Assembly (NCBI GenBank): GCA_050506795.1
Contig: JBJHCF010000012.1
Span: 47,502 to 98,352, forward strand
Length of the DNA stretch: 50,851 nt
Direction of reading: 5' to 3'
Source of the DNA: Opitutia bacterium
Lineage (GTDB): Bacteria; Verrucomicrobiota; Verrucomicrobiia; Opitutales; T3Sed10-336
Shown here: piece by piece, positions 27,178 through 37,521 of the stretch
Layout of the letters: every line of letters starts with the position of its first letter
How positions within the stretch are numbered: the stretch's first letter is position 1
Made by a program: the position numbers and the translations under genes
Notes under the pieces: generated by a model
What the model was told of the DNA's origin: nothing
Databases searched by the model: none
The model's input: the letters and a program-made list of their open reading frames with translations, nothing else

Positions 27178-29058
27178 ATGCTCAGTAACCTAAAAAAGAT
27201 CAACGAACTTTTGACGCGGAAGCAGCGATTGGCCGGCCTGTGCCTGCTTGGGGTGATGCTTCTGATCGGCTTGATGCAGGTGGCGTCGGTGACTTCGGTC
27301 CTGCCCTTCATGGCGGTCGTCGGGAATCCGGAGGTAATCGAGACGAATCGCTGGATTAACATGGTGTACGAGGGGTTGGGGTTCACCTCGAATTTGAGTT
27401 TTCTCATCTTCTTGGGGCTGGTGATGTTGACCTCGATTCTGTGCCTTAATGCGGTGTCGATTTTCAGTGTCTGGCTCAACGCCCGGTTCACTTGGGCGCT
27501 GAACGTCCATATTTCGAGGAGCCTCCTCGCCAAGTATTTGTCGCAGCCTTACCTTTTCTTCGTCAGCCGCAACAGTTCGGAATTCTCCCACGCTGTGCTT
27601 CAGGAGACGCAATATTTCACCAACGGCTACGTAACTCCCCTGCTGCAGGTGATCGCCAAGGGCGTCACCATCATCAGCCTGTTTACTCTCGTTTTTTTGG
27701 TGGACCCTTTGGTCGCCACGTTAGCCATTTTTGTTTTCGGCGGCCTGTATCTGGCGATTTATTCCTACTTTAGAAAAAAGCTTGGGCAAATCGGGCATCA
27801 GCGTGTTGAAGCGAACCGAAAGCGGTACAAGTCTGTGAGCGAAGCATTCGGCTCGGTGAAAGAGAATAAGATCCTCCAACGGGAAGGGCATTTTGTGCGA
27901 TCTTATGATACCCCATCCCGCTTGATGGGGAAGCTGGAAGTGACTCTGCAGTTGATTGGCAGGATTCCTCACCTTGTGCTGGAAACCCTGGCGTTTGGAG
28001 GAATGATCGCTTTGGTGTTGTATTTCCTGGTCAGTAGGGGAGGGGTCGGTGAGATTTTACCGATACTGAGTCTGTACGCCTTCGCGAGTTATCGCATCAT
28101 GCCCGCTCTCCAGACGATATTCAAAACTTTCACCCAGCTTCGTTCCTCTCAAGCTGTTTTGGATTTGATTTATCGCGATATGACCGCTCCTTTGGGCGCC
28201 GCACTCGCGATAGACCCTGAAGAGATCCCATATGACGAACTGGACAAGAAGACTGTGGTGGTGCCCGAATCTCAGCGTGATTTATTGAAACCGGAGTCGC
28301 GAATCCTGCCGTTTCAAAGCACCATAGAACTACGTGATTTGACCTTCAATTACCCCGAAGCGCCTCGTCCCGCGTTGAAAAACGTCAGCCTTTCGATACC
28401 ATTCAACCGCTCGGTTGCTTTTTGCGGTCCGACCGGATCCGGAAAAACCACCGCGGTCGATATCATTCTGGGACTGCTGGAGCCTAGTGCCGGGGCGTTA
28501 CTTGTAGACGGTGTTAGAATCACCCCCGAAAACCGGCGCCAATGGCAAAGGAATCTTGGGTATGTGCCACAGAGCATCTATCTTTCGGACAGTACGATTA
28601 CGGAGAATATCGCTTTTGGGATTCCGAGGAAAGAGATAGATCATGCCGCTGTTGAGCAAGCGGCACGAATCGCCAACATCGCGGACTTTATCGAAAGCGA
28701 ATTACCACTCGGTTATGAAACGCTTGTAGGTGAACGCGGTGTGCGCTTGAGCGGCGGTCAACGTCAAAGAATCGGCATTGCCCGCGCCCTATACCATGAT
28801 CCCTCGGTCCTGGTCCTCGACGAAGCCACCAGCGCTTTGGACGGCGCGACCGAGGAGGCGGTCATGCAAGCCGTCAAACAGGTTGCCGAAGCCAAGACCG
28901 TCATCCTGATCGCCCACCGCCTATCGACCGTCAAGGATTGCGACACAATCTTCCTCCTGGATCACGGTCGTCTGGTAATGACCGGAACCTACGAAGATCT
29001 CATGAAAAACAGCAAATCCTTCCAAAGAATGGCCCGCCAACCCACCCCCGTCGGATAA
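27178..29058 (+). CDS. ABC transporter permease/ATPase (PglK/HetA-like, glycan-associated)
   Basis: TM domain, GPTGSGKT, LSGGQRQRIGIARALY, LDEATSALD, IAHRLST. Confidence 0.92.
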   Translation: MLSNLKKINELLTRKQRLAGLCLLGVMLLIGLMQVASVTSVLPFMAVVGNPEVIETNRWINMVYEGLGFTSNLSFLIFLGLVMLTSILCLNAVSIFSVWLNARFTWALNVHISRSLLAKYLSQPYLFFVSRNSSEFSHAVLQETQYFTNGYVTPLLQVIAKGVTIISLFTLVFLVDPLVATLAIFVFGGLYLAIYSYFRKKLGQIGHQRVEANRKRYKSVSEAFGSVKENKILQREGHFVRSYDTPSRLMGKLEVTLQLIGRIPHLVLETLAFGGMIALVLYFLVSRGGVGEILPILSLYAFASYRIMPALQTIFKTFTQLRSSQAVLDLIYRDMTAPLGAALAIDPEEIPYDELDKKTVVVPESQRDLLKPESRILPFQSTIELRDLTFNYPEAPRPALKNVSLSIPFNRSVAFCGPTGSGKTTAVDIILGLLEPSAGALLVDGVRITPENRRQWQRNLGYVPQSIYLSDSTITENIAFGIPRKEIDHAAVEQAARIANIADFIESELPLGYETLVGERGVRLSGGQRQRIGIARALYHDPSVLVLDEATSALDGATEEAVMQAVKQVAEAKTVILIAHRLSTVKDCDTIFLLDHGRLVMTGTYEDLMKNSKSFQRMARQPTPVG

Positions 29059-29213
29059 ATCCACTATTCGCAATCCGCCATCAGAAATCAGTAATCCGAA
29101 ATCAGCAATCTTCCATCCGCCATTAGTCTATCCGTAATCCGCCGTCAGTCCTCCGAGTTTCGTCCTCCGCCATTCGCAATTCGCCATCAGAAATCCGTAA
29201 TCCGCAATCAAGT
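29059..29213. repeat. Degenerate heptamer array (ATCCGCC/ATTCGCC/ATCAGAA), pyrimidine orientation
   Basis: Visible 7-nt periodicity filling the whole intergenic gap. Confidence 0.85.
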
Positions 29214-29214
29214 A

Positions 29215-30519
29215 ATGAAAATCCTCGTCACCGGCGGCGCCGGCTTCATCGGCAGTAACCTGGTTCGGCATCTCGTCGGTCGAGACGACTGCGAGGTGGT
29301 CAACCTGGACAAGCTCACCTACGCGGGCAACCTCGCTTCATTGTCCGATCTGGCCGATGCCCCCAACTACACGTTCGAGCCGGTGGACATCTGCGATCTG
29401 GAAGGTGTTCGAGAGGTCTTCGCCCGCCACCAACCCGATGCGGTAATGCATCTCGCCGCGGAGAGCCATGTCGACCGCTCCATCGACGGCCCCGGAGCCT
29501 TTGTGCACACCAATATTCTCGGCACCTACAACCTCCTCCAAGCCGCACTGGAGTATTGGAGGACGATGGCGGAGGGCGGAGAAAAAATGGCGGATAGCGG
29601 AGAGCGAATGGCGAATGGGGGAGTAGGAAAGGCGGATGGTGAACCGCGGATAGCGAAGGGGGAGGAGCGGAAGTCGGAGGACAAATCCACCATTAGTCCT
29701 TCGCCATCCGCCGTTCGCCATCCTCAATCAGGAATCAGTCCTCCGCCATCCGCCATCCGCCATTCGCCATCCTTCCGCTTTCTCCATGTTTCCACCGATG
29801 AGGTTTACGGATCCCTCGATTCCGACGCGCCGGGGTTTTCGGAAACGCATCCTTACCAGCCGCATTCTCCCTACAGCGCGAGCAAGGCGGCGTCCGATCA
29901 TCTGGCTCGGAGTTGGCACGATACCTATGGACTGCCGGTAATCGTTACCAACTGCTCGAATAATTACGGACCCTATCAATTTCCGGAAAAACTCATACCC
30001 GTCGTGATCCTGAAATGTCTGCAAGGCAACCCGATTCCCGTTTACGGAAAGGGGGAGAATATTCGGGACTGGCTGTATGTTGAAGATCATGTTCGCGCGC
30101 TTACCAAAGTCCTGGAGCGCGGGACTCCCGGCGAAACCTACAATATCGGCGGCAACAACGAACTTCGGAACATCGATCTGGTGAGGATGCTCTGCGGAAT
30201 ACTTGACGAACTTGCGGAAACGGAAGATTACGGGTCGAAGATTCGGGATCTCGGATTCAAAGAAGGGGAATCGGGCAGAAAAAATGCCGGGAAATACGAG
30301 GATCTCATCACTTTCGTCAAAGACCGTCCCGGACACGACCTGCGCTACGCCATCGACGCCTCCAAGATCGAACGCGAACTCGGCTGGGTTCCCAAACAAG
30401 ACCGCGAATCGGGCTTCGTAAAAACGGTCAAATGGTACCTCGACAACAAAACCTGGTGGCAGGAAATCCTCAACGGCACCTACCGACTCGAAAGGTTGGG
30501 GGTTGAGAATGGCGGATAG
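29215..30519 (+). CDS. rfbB: dTDP-glucose 4,6-dehydratase with an in-frame repeat-derived insertion
   Basis: [43 protein letters not shown] ~69-aa low-complexity segment sits at 29566-29772. Confidence 0.95.
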   Translation: MKILVTGGAGFIGSNLVRHLVGRDDCEVVNLDKLTYAGNLASLSDLADAPNYTFEPVDICDLEGVREVFARHQPDAVMHLAAESHVDRSIDGPGAFVHTNILGTYNLLQAALEYWRTMAEGGEKMADSGERMANGGVGKADGEPRIAKGEERKSEDKSTISPSPSAVRHPQSGISPPPSAIRHSPSFRFLHVSTDEVYGSLDSDAPGFSETHPYQPHSPYSASKAASDHLARSWHDTYGLPVIVTNCSNNYGPYQFPEKLIPVVILKCLQGNPIPVYGKGENIRDWLYVEDHVRALTKVLERGTPGETYNIGGNNELRNIDLVRMLCGILDELAETEDYGSKIRDLGFKEGESGRKNAGKYEDLITFVKDRPGHDLRYAIDASKIERELGWVPKQDRESGFVKTVKWYLDNKTWWQEILNGTYRLERLGVENGG

Positions 30520-30625
30520 CGAATTTCGGATGGCGGACACTAATGGCGGATGGAGAATGGCGGAGGACTAATGGCGGATGGCGGATGGCGGATGGTGAAT
30601 AGCGGAGGGTGAATGATTGGATGGT
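30505..30625. repeat. Heptamer array (GGCGGAT/GGCGAAT), purine orientation
   Basis: GAATGGCGGATAGCGAATTTCGGATGGCGGA...GGCGGATGGCGGATGGCGGATGGTGAAT. Confidence 0.85.
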
Positions 30626-30976
30626 GAATACAGGGATTTTGAAGAAATGCAGGTGTGGCAGGATGCTCAGGATCTTGCTGTTCAGGTTTATCAGGATTTT
30701 TCGAGAGTCCGGGATTTCTCGTTCACCGATCAAATCAAGCGGGCAGTCGTTTCAATCTCAAACAATATTGCTGAGGGTTCCGAGCGGACCACATCGGGGG
30801 AATTTGCACGATTTCTGGATATCGCAAAAGGGTCGAGTGGTGAAGTGCGCAGCATGTACCGCCTTGCCGAGCGCCTCGGTCTTCTTTCTGATGGTCTTTT
30901 TGAGGAACGTTGCGCCCAATGCAAATCGATATCCCGCCAACTCGGTGGCTTCGCCAAACACCTAAGAAAAAAATAA
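30617..30976 (+). CDS. Four helix bundle protein (23S rRNA-IVP/Avd-like family)
   Basis: FEEMQVWQ, DQIKRAVVSISNNIAEG.ER, FLDIAKGSSGEVRS; TTG start. Confidence 0.92.
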   Translation: MDGEYRDFEEMQVWQDAQDLAVQVYQDFSRVRDFSFTDQIKRAVVSISNNIAEGSERTTSGEFARFLDIAKGSSGEVRSMYRLAERLGLLSDGLFEERCAQCKSISRQLGGFAKHLRKK

Positions 30977-31019
30977 CTCACCTTAAGTCCCAGCTCTCGA
31001 AGACTTAGCGATCCCTCAA

Positions 31020-31110
31020 TTTGTCATAATTCCTTCGTCCTTCGCAATCCACCATTCGCCATCCACCATTTGAATTAATTAGTCCTTCGCTATCCACCAT
31101 TCGCCATTCA
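31020..31110. repeat. Heptamer array, pyrimidine orientation
   Basis: TTCGCAATCCACCATTCGCCATCCACCATT...TTCGCTATCCACCATTCGCCATTC. Confidence 0.75.
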
Positions 31111-31111
31111 T

Positions 31112-31972
31112 ATGAAAGGTATCATTCTAGCCGGCGGGTCCGGTACCCGCCTCCATCCGATCACTCTGGCCATGAGCAAACAGCTCATTCCGGTGTACGA
31201 CAAGCCGATGATCTATTATCCGCTTTCGACGCTCATGCTGGCCGGGATACGTGAGATTCTCATTATCTCCACGCCGCAGGATCTGCCGAGTTTCGAGCGG
31301 TTGCTTGGCGACGGGAGCCACCTCGGCTGTGAGTTCCACTACGCCGTCCAAGAAGTTCCCAACGGTCTGGCGCAGGCATTCGTGATCGGTAAGGAGTTTA
31401 TCGGCAAAGAGAAGGTCGCCTTGATCCTCGGCGACAATATCTTTTACGGGTCCGGATTCGGTCAGTTGCTTCGCGGACACACCGACCCCGACGGCGCCGT
31501 CATATTCGCGGCGCCCGTCCAGGACCCCGAGCGGTATGGCGTGGTGGAGTTCGATAAAAGGCGAAAAGTTCTCTCTATCGAGGAGAAACCCAAGGATCCC
31601 AAATCCAACTACGCCGTTCCAGGCCTCTACTTTTACGATAACGACGTGGTGGCCATTGCCGAATCGGTGCAACCCTCCGCGCGAGGGGAATACGAGATCA
31701 CCTCGGTCAATCAGGAATACCTTAAGCGCGAAAGACTCAGAGTCGGCCGCTTTAATCGAGGCATCGCGTGGTTGGACACCGGAACGTTCGCCTCGCTGAA
31801 CGAGGCATCAACCTTTGTGCGAGTCATCGAAGAACGGCAGGGAACCAAGATAGGGTGTATTGAAGAGGTGGCGTATTATTCGAAGATGATTGATAGGAAT
31901 CAGCTACTGGAAATGGCGAAACTTTATGAGAAAAGTGGGTACGGAGACTATCTCCTTCAAATCGCCGGATAG
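31112..31972 (+). CDS. rfbA: Glucose-1-phosphate thymidylyltransferase
   Basis: [43 protein letters not shown]. Confidence 0.97.
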   Translation: MKGIILAGGSGTRLHPITLAMSKQLIPVYDKPMIYYPLSTLMLAGIREILIISTPQDLPSFERLLGDGSHLGCEFHYAVQEVPNGLAQAFVIGKEFIGKEKVALILGDNIFYGSGFGQLLRGHTDPDGAVIFAAPVQDPERYGVVEFDKRRKVLSIEEKPKDPKSNYAVPGLYFYDNDVVAIAESVQPSARGEYEITSVNQEYLKRERLRVGRFNRGIAWLDTGTFASLNEASTFVRVIEERQGTKIGCIEEVAYYSKMIDRNQLLEMAKLYEKSGYGDYLLQIAG

Positions 31973-32059
31973 CCGGTTCTGGCATTTTGCGCCGTCAGGA
32001 TAATGCAGTTGCTCATTTCGACCGCCTTTAATTTACAATTGTAAGATCTCGAACCTAAG

Positions 32060-34087
32060 ATGAAGAAGTTTACAATCGGAATTTGCTGTATCGGCAGTGG
32101 TGTTGGTCAGTCGGTAATCAATTCTTGCCGCCTTTCCCGCTTGCCTATCAAGACCTTGGGACTGGGAACAAACCCTATGGCATATGGTTTGTATGAATGC
32201 GATGATTACGCCTTTACCAGAAGCTTTTATGATGAAGGCTATCTTGACGAGCTACTTGACCTTTGTGCGGAACGAAATGTGGATCTGTTGATTCCCGGCC
32301 ACGACGATGAAGCGCACCTGTTTGCCAGGAACAAAGAAAGAATCGAATCTGCTGGTGTGAAAGTAATCGCGGCCGGGGCGGAACTGCTTGCCCTTTGCCG
32401 GGACAAAGAACGTATGAGTAACGAACTAAACCGCGATGCTCCCTTGTTCGTGAGAAGTTTCGGGAAGGACGCGTTCTTTGATGCCTGGGCTAGACGAGAG
32501 GTTGAGTTGCCAGTGATCGCGAAGCCAAGAGGAGGTTTTGCCTCCAGAGGAATCAAGATTATTCTTTCGGAAGACGATTTTCGGGAGATTGGGGCCGATT
32601 ATATCGTACAGGAAATTGCCGTTCCGCATGAGGACGATCCCCAACATCTCGAGTATCTCGATAAGTTGAGGAAAGGCATAAATCCCCAAATTGCGGAAAT
32701 TTCAATTCAGTTGGTAGCCCGTCAGGACGGTAGTCTTATGGGGCGAATGGCTTCATATAATAAGCTGAGTAATGGTATCCCGATTGAGATTTTGCCGTAT
32801 GATCGGGAGGAGATATGGGAGGAAATTGATAGGATCCTGCCTAAGTTAGTCCAATGTGGTCTGGCTGGGCCATTTAACCTTCAGGGAAGGTTTACCGAAA
32901 AAGGTCTGAAACTATTTGAGCTGAATGCGAGATTTACCGGAATTACCGGCCTCCGCGCGTTAATGGGATTTAACGAGGTTGAAGCCTGCCTCAGGCATTG
33001 GCTAATGAATGATGATTCATGTCAGCTTGAAATCAATTCATCTAAGGCAGGCATTAGGCAAACTGCGGATAAAGTCATTGTTATTGAACGAAATGAAAAA
33101 GTCCGTAACACCGTAGTCACTCTTAATGGAGGTGAAAACAAGCGAAAAAAGACCATACTGTTAACCGGATCAACCGGGGTGATTGGGCGGCAGCTTCTGT
33201 CAAAGCTTTTGCGGACTAGGACGCACAGGATTTGGCTGCTGAATAGGGACAAGGAAAAGTCTCTGGCTGAATTCGGTGATAATTGTGACCGACATTTTGA
33301 TTGGCAGGATTTCGAGAATGGCGAAATTTCATTTGGAAATATCGACTGCATTTGTCATCTGGCGTTTGCCCGACCAAATTGGGGAAATTTGGAGGTAACT
33401 CGTAGCCTTGAATCGACCTTTTCTCTTTTCAGCAGCGCCGTGGAATCCGGCGTCAATGAGATTATCAATGTTTCGTCTCAAAGTGTTTATGGAGATTCAA
33501 CGTTTCCGCCTTTAGATGAAGATTGTCCCGTCTGTCCGGCCACCTTCTATGGTCAGGCGAAGTACGCGGTGGAACTGTTTCTTAAGACCGCATGTACGGA
33601 TCCTTCGCTTAAATTCACGTCGATGCGATTGGCTACCGTGACAGGTTCTGATCCACGGTTACTAAATTATGAAGCAATCTATAAATTAGTATATAATGCC
33701 GCTAGATTCGGTAAGATCACGATTAGAGGTGGGGATCAGCTCATGGATCGAATATATGTCTCTGATGTGACTGATGCGTTGGTCAAAGTGATCGATTCCG
33801 ATAGTTCTAAATGGAGGACTGTCTATAATCTTGGTGCTAATAACATCCGGCCGATCAGAGAAGTGTCTAATATTATTGCCAGTGTGGTGAATGAGGCCGC
33901 GAAAAAGTCATTGGTGGATGTATCGTTCAGTGAGTCCGGCAACGAAAGATCGTATGGCCTAAACTCCGATCGATTTCATCAGGACTTTTGTTGGAAGCCG
34001 CGCTATGGATACAGAGAAATGGTGGTAGCGATTCTTTCATCAATTGAGCGGGATATGTCTGGCGTCTCTAAGCAGAAAATAAAGTGA
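32060..34087 (+). CDS. Fusion of an ATP-grasp domain and an NAD-dependent epimerase/dehydratase
   Basis: N-half: LIPGHDDE, CRDK, AKPRGGFASRG, FELNARFTG. C-half: LLTGSTGVIG, VSSQSVYG, YGQAK. Confidence 0.8.
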   Translation: MKKFTIGICCIGSGVGQSVINSCRLSRLPIKTLGLGTNPMAYGLYECDDYAFTRSFYDEGYLDELLDLCAERNVDLLIPGHDDEAHLFARNKERIESAGVKVIAAGAELLALCRDKERMSNELNRDAPLFVRSFGKDAFFDAWARREVELPVIAKPRGGFASRGIKIILSEDDFREIGADYIVQEIAVPHEDDPQHLEYLDKLRKGINPQIAEISIQLVARQDGSLMGRMASYNKLSNGIPIEILPYDREEIWEEIDRILPKLVQCGLAGPFNLQGRFTEKGLKLFELNARFTGITGLRALMGFNEVEACLRHWLMNDDSCQLEINSSKAGIRQTADKVIVIERNEKVRNTVVTLNGGENKRKKTILLTGSTGVIGRQLLSKLLRTRTHRIWLLNRDKEKSLAEFGDNCDRHFDWQDFENGEISFGNIDCICHLAFARPNWGNLEVTRSLESTFSLFSSAVESGVNEIINVSSQSVYGDSTFPPLDEDCPVCPATFYGQAKYAVELFLKTACTDPSLKFTSMRLATVTGSDPRLLNYEAIYKLVYNAARFGKITIRGGDQLMDRIYVSDVTDALVKVIDSDSSKWRTVYNLGANNIRPIREVSNIIASVVNEAAKKSLVDVSFSESGNERSYGLNSDRFHQDFCWKPRYGYREMVVAILSSIERDMSGVSKQKIK

Positions 34088-34150
34088 AATCCTTCGTTGC
34101 TGTGCGGTTCTGATTAATCGAGTATTTGCTAATTGAAAAAGTATGTTTTA

Positions 34151-35026
34151 ATGAGTAAATCACAAAAAATTAAGGAGCATGTTTTCGATGTCGCATACAA
34201 TGAAACCATTGATTTAAGAAATCAGTCGAATCACCCAAGTGCTTTCGTATATTCTGAGATATTTAAATCGGCTTTACTCGATGCGAAGGTTGGGCACGGA
34301 AGAATACAGCCCGGTTACCCATTGGGGAAGGACGGAATGGCTCCTATGCAGATTGCTGCTGAATCGGCTTTGAGAAGCAGAGAGGCAAAGATCGATAGAA
34401 TAATTGATGTTTTATCCGAACATTATAGGTTTGTGCAGCCAAAAAATGCGGCAGAATGGCTTGGGATGCCGGTTGATCACGGTCTAAGCGAATACCCTGC
34501 ATGGGCCGGTGTCTATCCATGGCGTGCTAGAACCATCGATTCGTTCAGAAGGGCTCATGAAAATGAAACAAATCGTGTAAACAAGGACTTAGGTATCTGT
34601 TGCGAAATTGATCAGGGGTGGTCGCTGTGTGGTCCAACGGATAAAGAAAAGACTATTTTGGAGTCCAATAGGGTAATGGAGCTCCTCTTGAGGATGCAGG
34701 AGGAGGGATATTGCAGGACGAATGAGCCGGATGGTGATATCAGGGCGACAGCACTTGTGAATGAGGAAGGTGAGTGGAGATGGATTGTTACGGCAGGCGG
34801 TAATCATAGGGCACAGATTGCGGCAGCGTTGGGGTACGAGGAACTCGTTATAAATGTGAATCTTGTAATTTTTAGGTCTGACGCTAAGTATTGGCCCCAT
34901 GTGACCGATGGTCTTTACACTGAAAGAGAGGCCCTTTCGGTTTTCGACAACTATTTTGAGGGGAATCCGCCACCCGTCACGGCTGAATGGTTAAGGCATA
35001 TCCCTATGATCAAAAACGGCCGTTAG
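34151..35026 (+). CDS. Hypothetical protein with a possible ParB/Srx-like motif
   Basis: Long ORF in the operon; AGGNHRAQIAAALGY. Start 34151 or 34133. Confidence 0.6.
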   Translation: MSKSQKIKEHVFDVAYNETIDLRNQSNHPSAFVYSEIFKSALLDAKVGHGRIQPGYPLGKDGMAPMQIAAESALRSREAKIDRIIDVLSEHYRFVQPKNAAEWLGMPVDHGLSEYPAWAGVYPWRARTIDSFRRAHENETNRVNKDLGICCEIDQGWSLCGPTDKEKTILESNRVMELLLRMQEEGYCRTNEPDGDIRATALVNEEGEWRWIVTAGGNHRAQIAAALGYEELVINVNLVIFRSDAKYWPHVTDGLYTEREALSVFDNYFEGNPPPVTAEWLRHIPMIKNGR

Positions 35027-35055
35027 ATTATTGTTTCGGAAGTTCTTCGTATTCT

Positions 35056-36231
35056 ATGAACGAGATTCCTGTTACCGAACCAAACCTGCCTCCGATTGAA
35101 GAGTATTTCGAGCTTCTTCGAGAAGTTTGGTCGCGAAAGTGGCTGACGAATCAGGGACCGTTGGTTCGTCAACTGGAAGAAGGGCTCCGGGAGCACCATG
35201 GTCTCGGGAGGTCGGTCCACTGTGTGGCCAATGCGGGCCTTGGTTTGCAGATAGTATTGAAGGCGCTGGGAGTAAAGGGGGAGGTGGTGACGACACCTTT
35301 CTCCTATGTGGCAACGACTTCCTGCCCGATTTGGGAAGGATGTCGGGTGCGATTTTCAGATGTTGAACCGGAGTTGCTGACAATTGATCCGGACGCTGTT
35401 GAAGCTGCGATCGGTCCGCATACCGAGGCGATCCTGGCGACCCATGTGTATGGAAATCCTTGTGATGTCGAGGCATTAAGGGTGATCGGGGATAAGTACG
35501 GGATCGCGATTATTTACGACGCCGCTCATGCCTTTGGGGTGAAGTATAAAGGTAAGAGCTTGCTGGAGTGGGGGGACGCGTCGGTTGTCAGCACCCACGC
35601 CACCAAGGTCTTCAATACGGTGGAAGGTGGGTTTGTTGTTTCTTCCGACCCCGCTGTTTCCGAGAAGATTGAGTGGCTTCGCCGGTTCGGGCATAAAGGG
35701 AAGGACGACTTTCATGGCGCCGGGATCAACGCGAAGATGAGCGAATTTCACGCGGCGATGGGGCTCTGCAACCTAAGACACATTGAAGAAGTACTCGCAC
35801 GACGGAGGGGCGTTGTGAATACCTACGATTCCGCATTTTTCGGCAGCCGAACCGTCGTGGGTTCCGGCAATGAACGGGAATGCGAAGCCCGGAGTTCCTC
35901 GGAGGTGATATCTTTTGCGTTCAGGTTACGTCCCGAAACCGATTGGAATTGCGCCTATTATCCGGTGAAGTTTAGCAATGTGGGCACACTCCTTCAGGTA
36001 ATGAACGCCCTTGAAGCACAGGAGGTGTATCCGCGGCGGTATTTTTACCCCTCTTTAAATCGGGTGCAATCTTTGGGTGGGTTTCCCGTGATGCCGGTGT
36101 CAGAGGAGGTCGCTGAAAGAATCCTCTGTTTGCCGTTGTCGGCCGAAATTTCTAACAATGATCAGAAACGAATCATAATGACTGTTCTGGAGGAGCTTCA
36201 AAAGTCTTCTGCGAAACAGGAAAGCTATTGA
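35056..36231 (+). CDS. DegT/DnrJ/EryC1/StrS PLP aminotransferase (VioA-like)
   Basis: LTNQGP, THVYGNPCD, YDAAHAFG, STHATKVFNTVEGG, GINAKMSE, RRYFYP. Confidence 0.92.
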   Translation: MNEIPVTEPNLPPIEEYFELLREVWSRKWLTNQGPLVRQLEEGLREHHGLGRSVHCVANAGLGLQIVLKALGVKGEVVTTPFSYVATTSCPIWEGCRVRFSDVEPELLTIDPDAVEAAIGPHTEAILATHVYGNPCDVEALRVIGDKYGIAIIYDAAHAFGVKYKGKSLLEWGDASVVSTHATKVFNTVEGGFVVSSDPAVSEKIEWLRRFGHKGKDDFHGAGINAKMSEFHAAMGLCNLRHIEEVLARRRGVVNTYDSAFFGSRTVVGSGNERECEARSSSEVISFAFRLRPETDWNCAYYPVKFSNVGTLLQVMNALEAQEVYPRRYFYPSLNRVQSLGGFPVMPVSEEVAERILCLPLSAEISNNDQKRIIMTVLEELQKSSAKQESY

Positions 36232-37376
36232 TGAGGCACCATCGACATAAACCGGATTTCCCGTTTTTTAAGGAGCCGGTCGAGTTCGATAAAGGCACCG
36301 AGAAGTGCTTTCTTCAATTCTGTCTCGGGGGTACGTTGTATATGCCCGGGACGCGAACGATTGTGGATAAGATCCTGAACAAGGAGTTGCAGGATTTGAC
36401 GTCCATGGTAATGTGCTTGGAGGATTCGATCCCTGAGGCTGATTTATCGCAGGCGGAAAACAACGTTCTGGAGCATCTCGACACGATTGCAGGGGCGTTG
36501 ACAGAAGATCGGATTACGATTTTCGATATTCCTCTCATCTTTGTCAGGGTTCGGACCGTGAAACAGTTTTTTGCGTTTTGTGATCGGATCGGGCCCGACC
36601 AGGCAAAAGTCTTGAGCGGGTTTGTTTTTCCTAAATTTTACAGCAATAATGCCCTGCTTTATCTGAATCAGCTCAGATCCGTTAACCAGAAGTTCGGCCT
36701 CCGATTATACGGAATGCCGATTTTTGAGGGGCGTAAAATCGCGTTTCGGGAGTCCCGATTGGAGGAGTTGAGACAGTTGAGCACCATTCTGTGGCCTTAC
36801 CGCGATTTGATATTGAATATTCGAATCGGAGCGACGGATTTTTCCTCTGCCTTCGGTGTGCGACGGGGAATCAATTCGTCGATTTATGATATCATTACCG
36901 TAAGGGACTGCCTGTCGGATATCCTGAACTTTTTTAATCGGGACGATCAGGGGTATACCGTTTCGGCGCCGGTTTGGGAGTACTTTCTAGCGACTAAAGC
37001 GGTCAATATTCAGAAGTTTTCGGATAAGGGAATCAATCGGTCATTGATGAACCGTGAGCCTATTCTGAATGATGCGGTCGACGGTTTGCTGCGGGAAGTG
37101 CTTTTGGACAAAACCAATGGTTTCGTCGGAAAGACGATCATCCATCCGTCCCATTTGAGGTACGTCAACGCGATGCAGGCCGTAACCAGGGAGGAGTACG
37201 AAGATGCGTGTCAGATTTTGGATATGAACGGCGGGGTGCAGAAGAGTTCGAATGCGAACAAAATGAACGAAAGTAACCCACACCGCAACTGGGCTAAACG
37301 ATTGGTGAAACGAGCGCAGGCTTTCGGTGTTATAGAGAATGAGGCGGCTTATTTGGATTTGATTACGGATTCGTGA
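36231..37376 (+). CDS. HpcH/HpaI aldolase/citrate lyase beta-like protein
   Basis: LGGTLYMPGTR, CLEDSI, IFVRVR, FVFPKF, RIGATD, GKTIIHPSH. Confidence 0.8.
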   Translation: MRHHRHKPDFPFFKEPVEFDKGTEKCFLQFCLGGTLYMPGTRTIVDKILNKELQDLTSMVMCLEDSIPEADLSQAENNVLEHLDTIAGALTEDRITIFDIPLIFVRVRTVKQFFAFCDRIGPDQAKVLSGFVFPKFYSNNALLYLNQLRSVNQKFGLRLYGMPIFEGRKIAFRESRLEELRQLSTILWPYRDLILNIRIGATDFSSAFGVRRGINSSIYDIITVRDCLSDILNFFNRDDQGYTVSAPVWEYFLATKAVNIQKFSDKGINRSLMNREPILNDAVDGLLREVLLDKTNGFVGKTIIHPSHLRYVNAMQAVTREEYEDACQILDMNGGVQKSSNANKMNESNPHRNWAKRLVKRAQAFGVIENEAAYLDLITDS

Positions 37377-37515
37377 TTTCGGATTCCGGATTCGTGATTT
37401 CGGATAGCGAATTGCGAATTGCGGATGGCGGAGGGCGGATTGATGATTTCGGATAGCGAATTGCGGATGGCGGAGGGCGAATGGCGGATTGCGGATGGCG
37501 AAAAGCGGATGGCTG
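37357..37515. repeat. Heptamer array, purine orientation
   Basis: GATTACGGATTCGTGATTTCGGATTCCGGATTCGTGATTTCGGATAGCGAATTGCGAATTGCGGATGGCGGA; overlaps the upstream stop codon. Confidence 0.85.
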
Positions 37516-37521
37516 TAAACG

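Noticed and set aside
26230..27188. Small ORFs 26545-26877, 26807-27115, 26959-27168 and 26997-27188
   Set aside because: No recognisable motifs; they lie in an AT-rich divergent intergenic region or run through the MITE.
30617..30976. Diversity-generating retroelement, suggested by the Avd-like protein
   Set aside because: No reverse transcriptase and no TR/VR pair with adenine-specific mismatches seen in the window.
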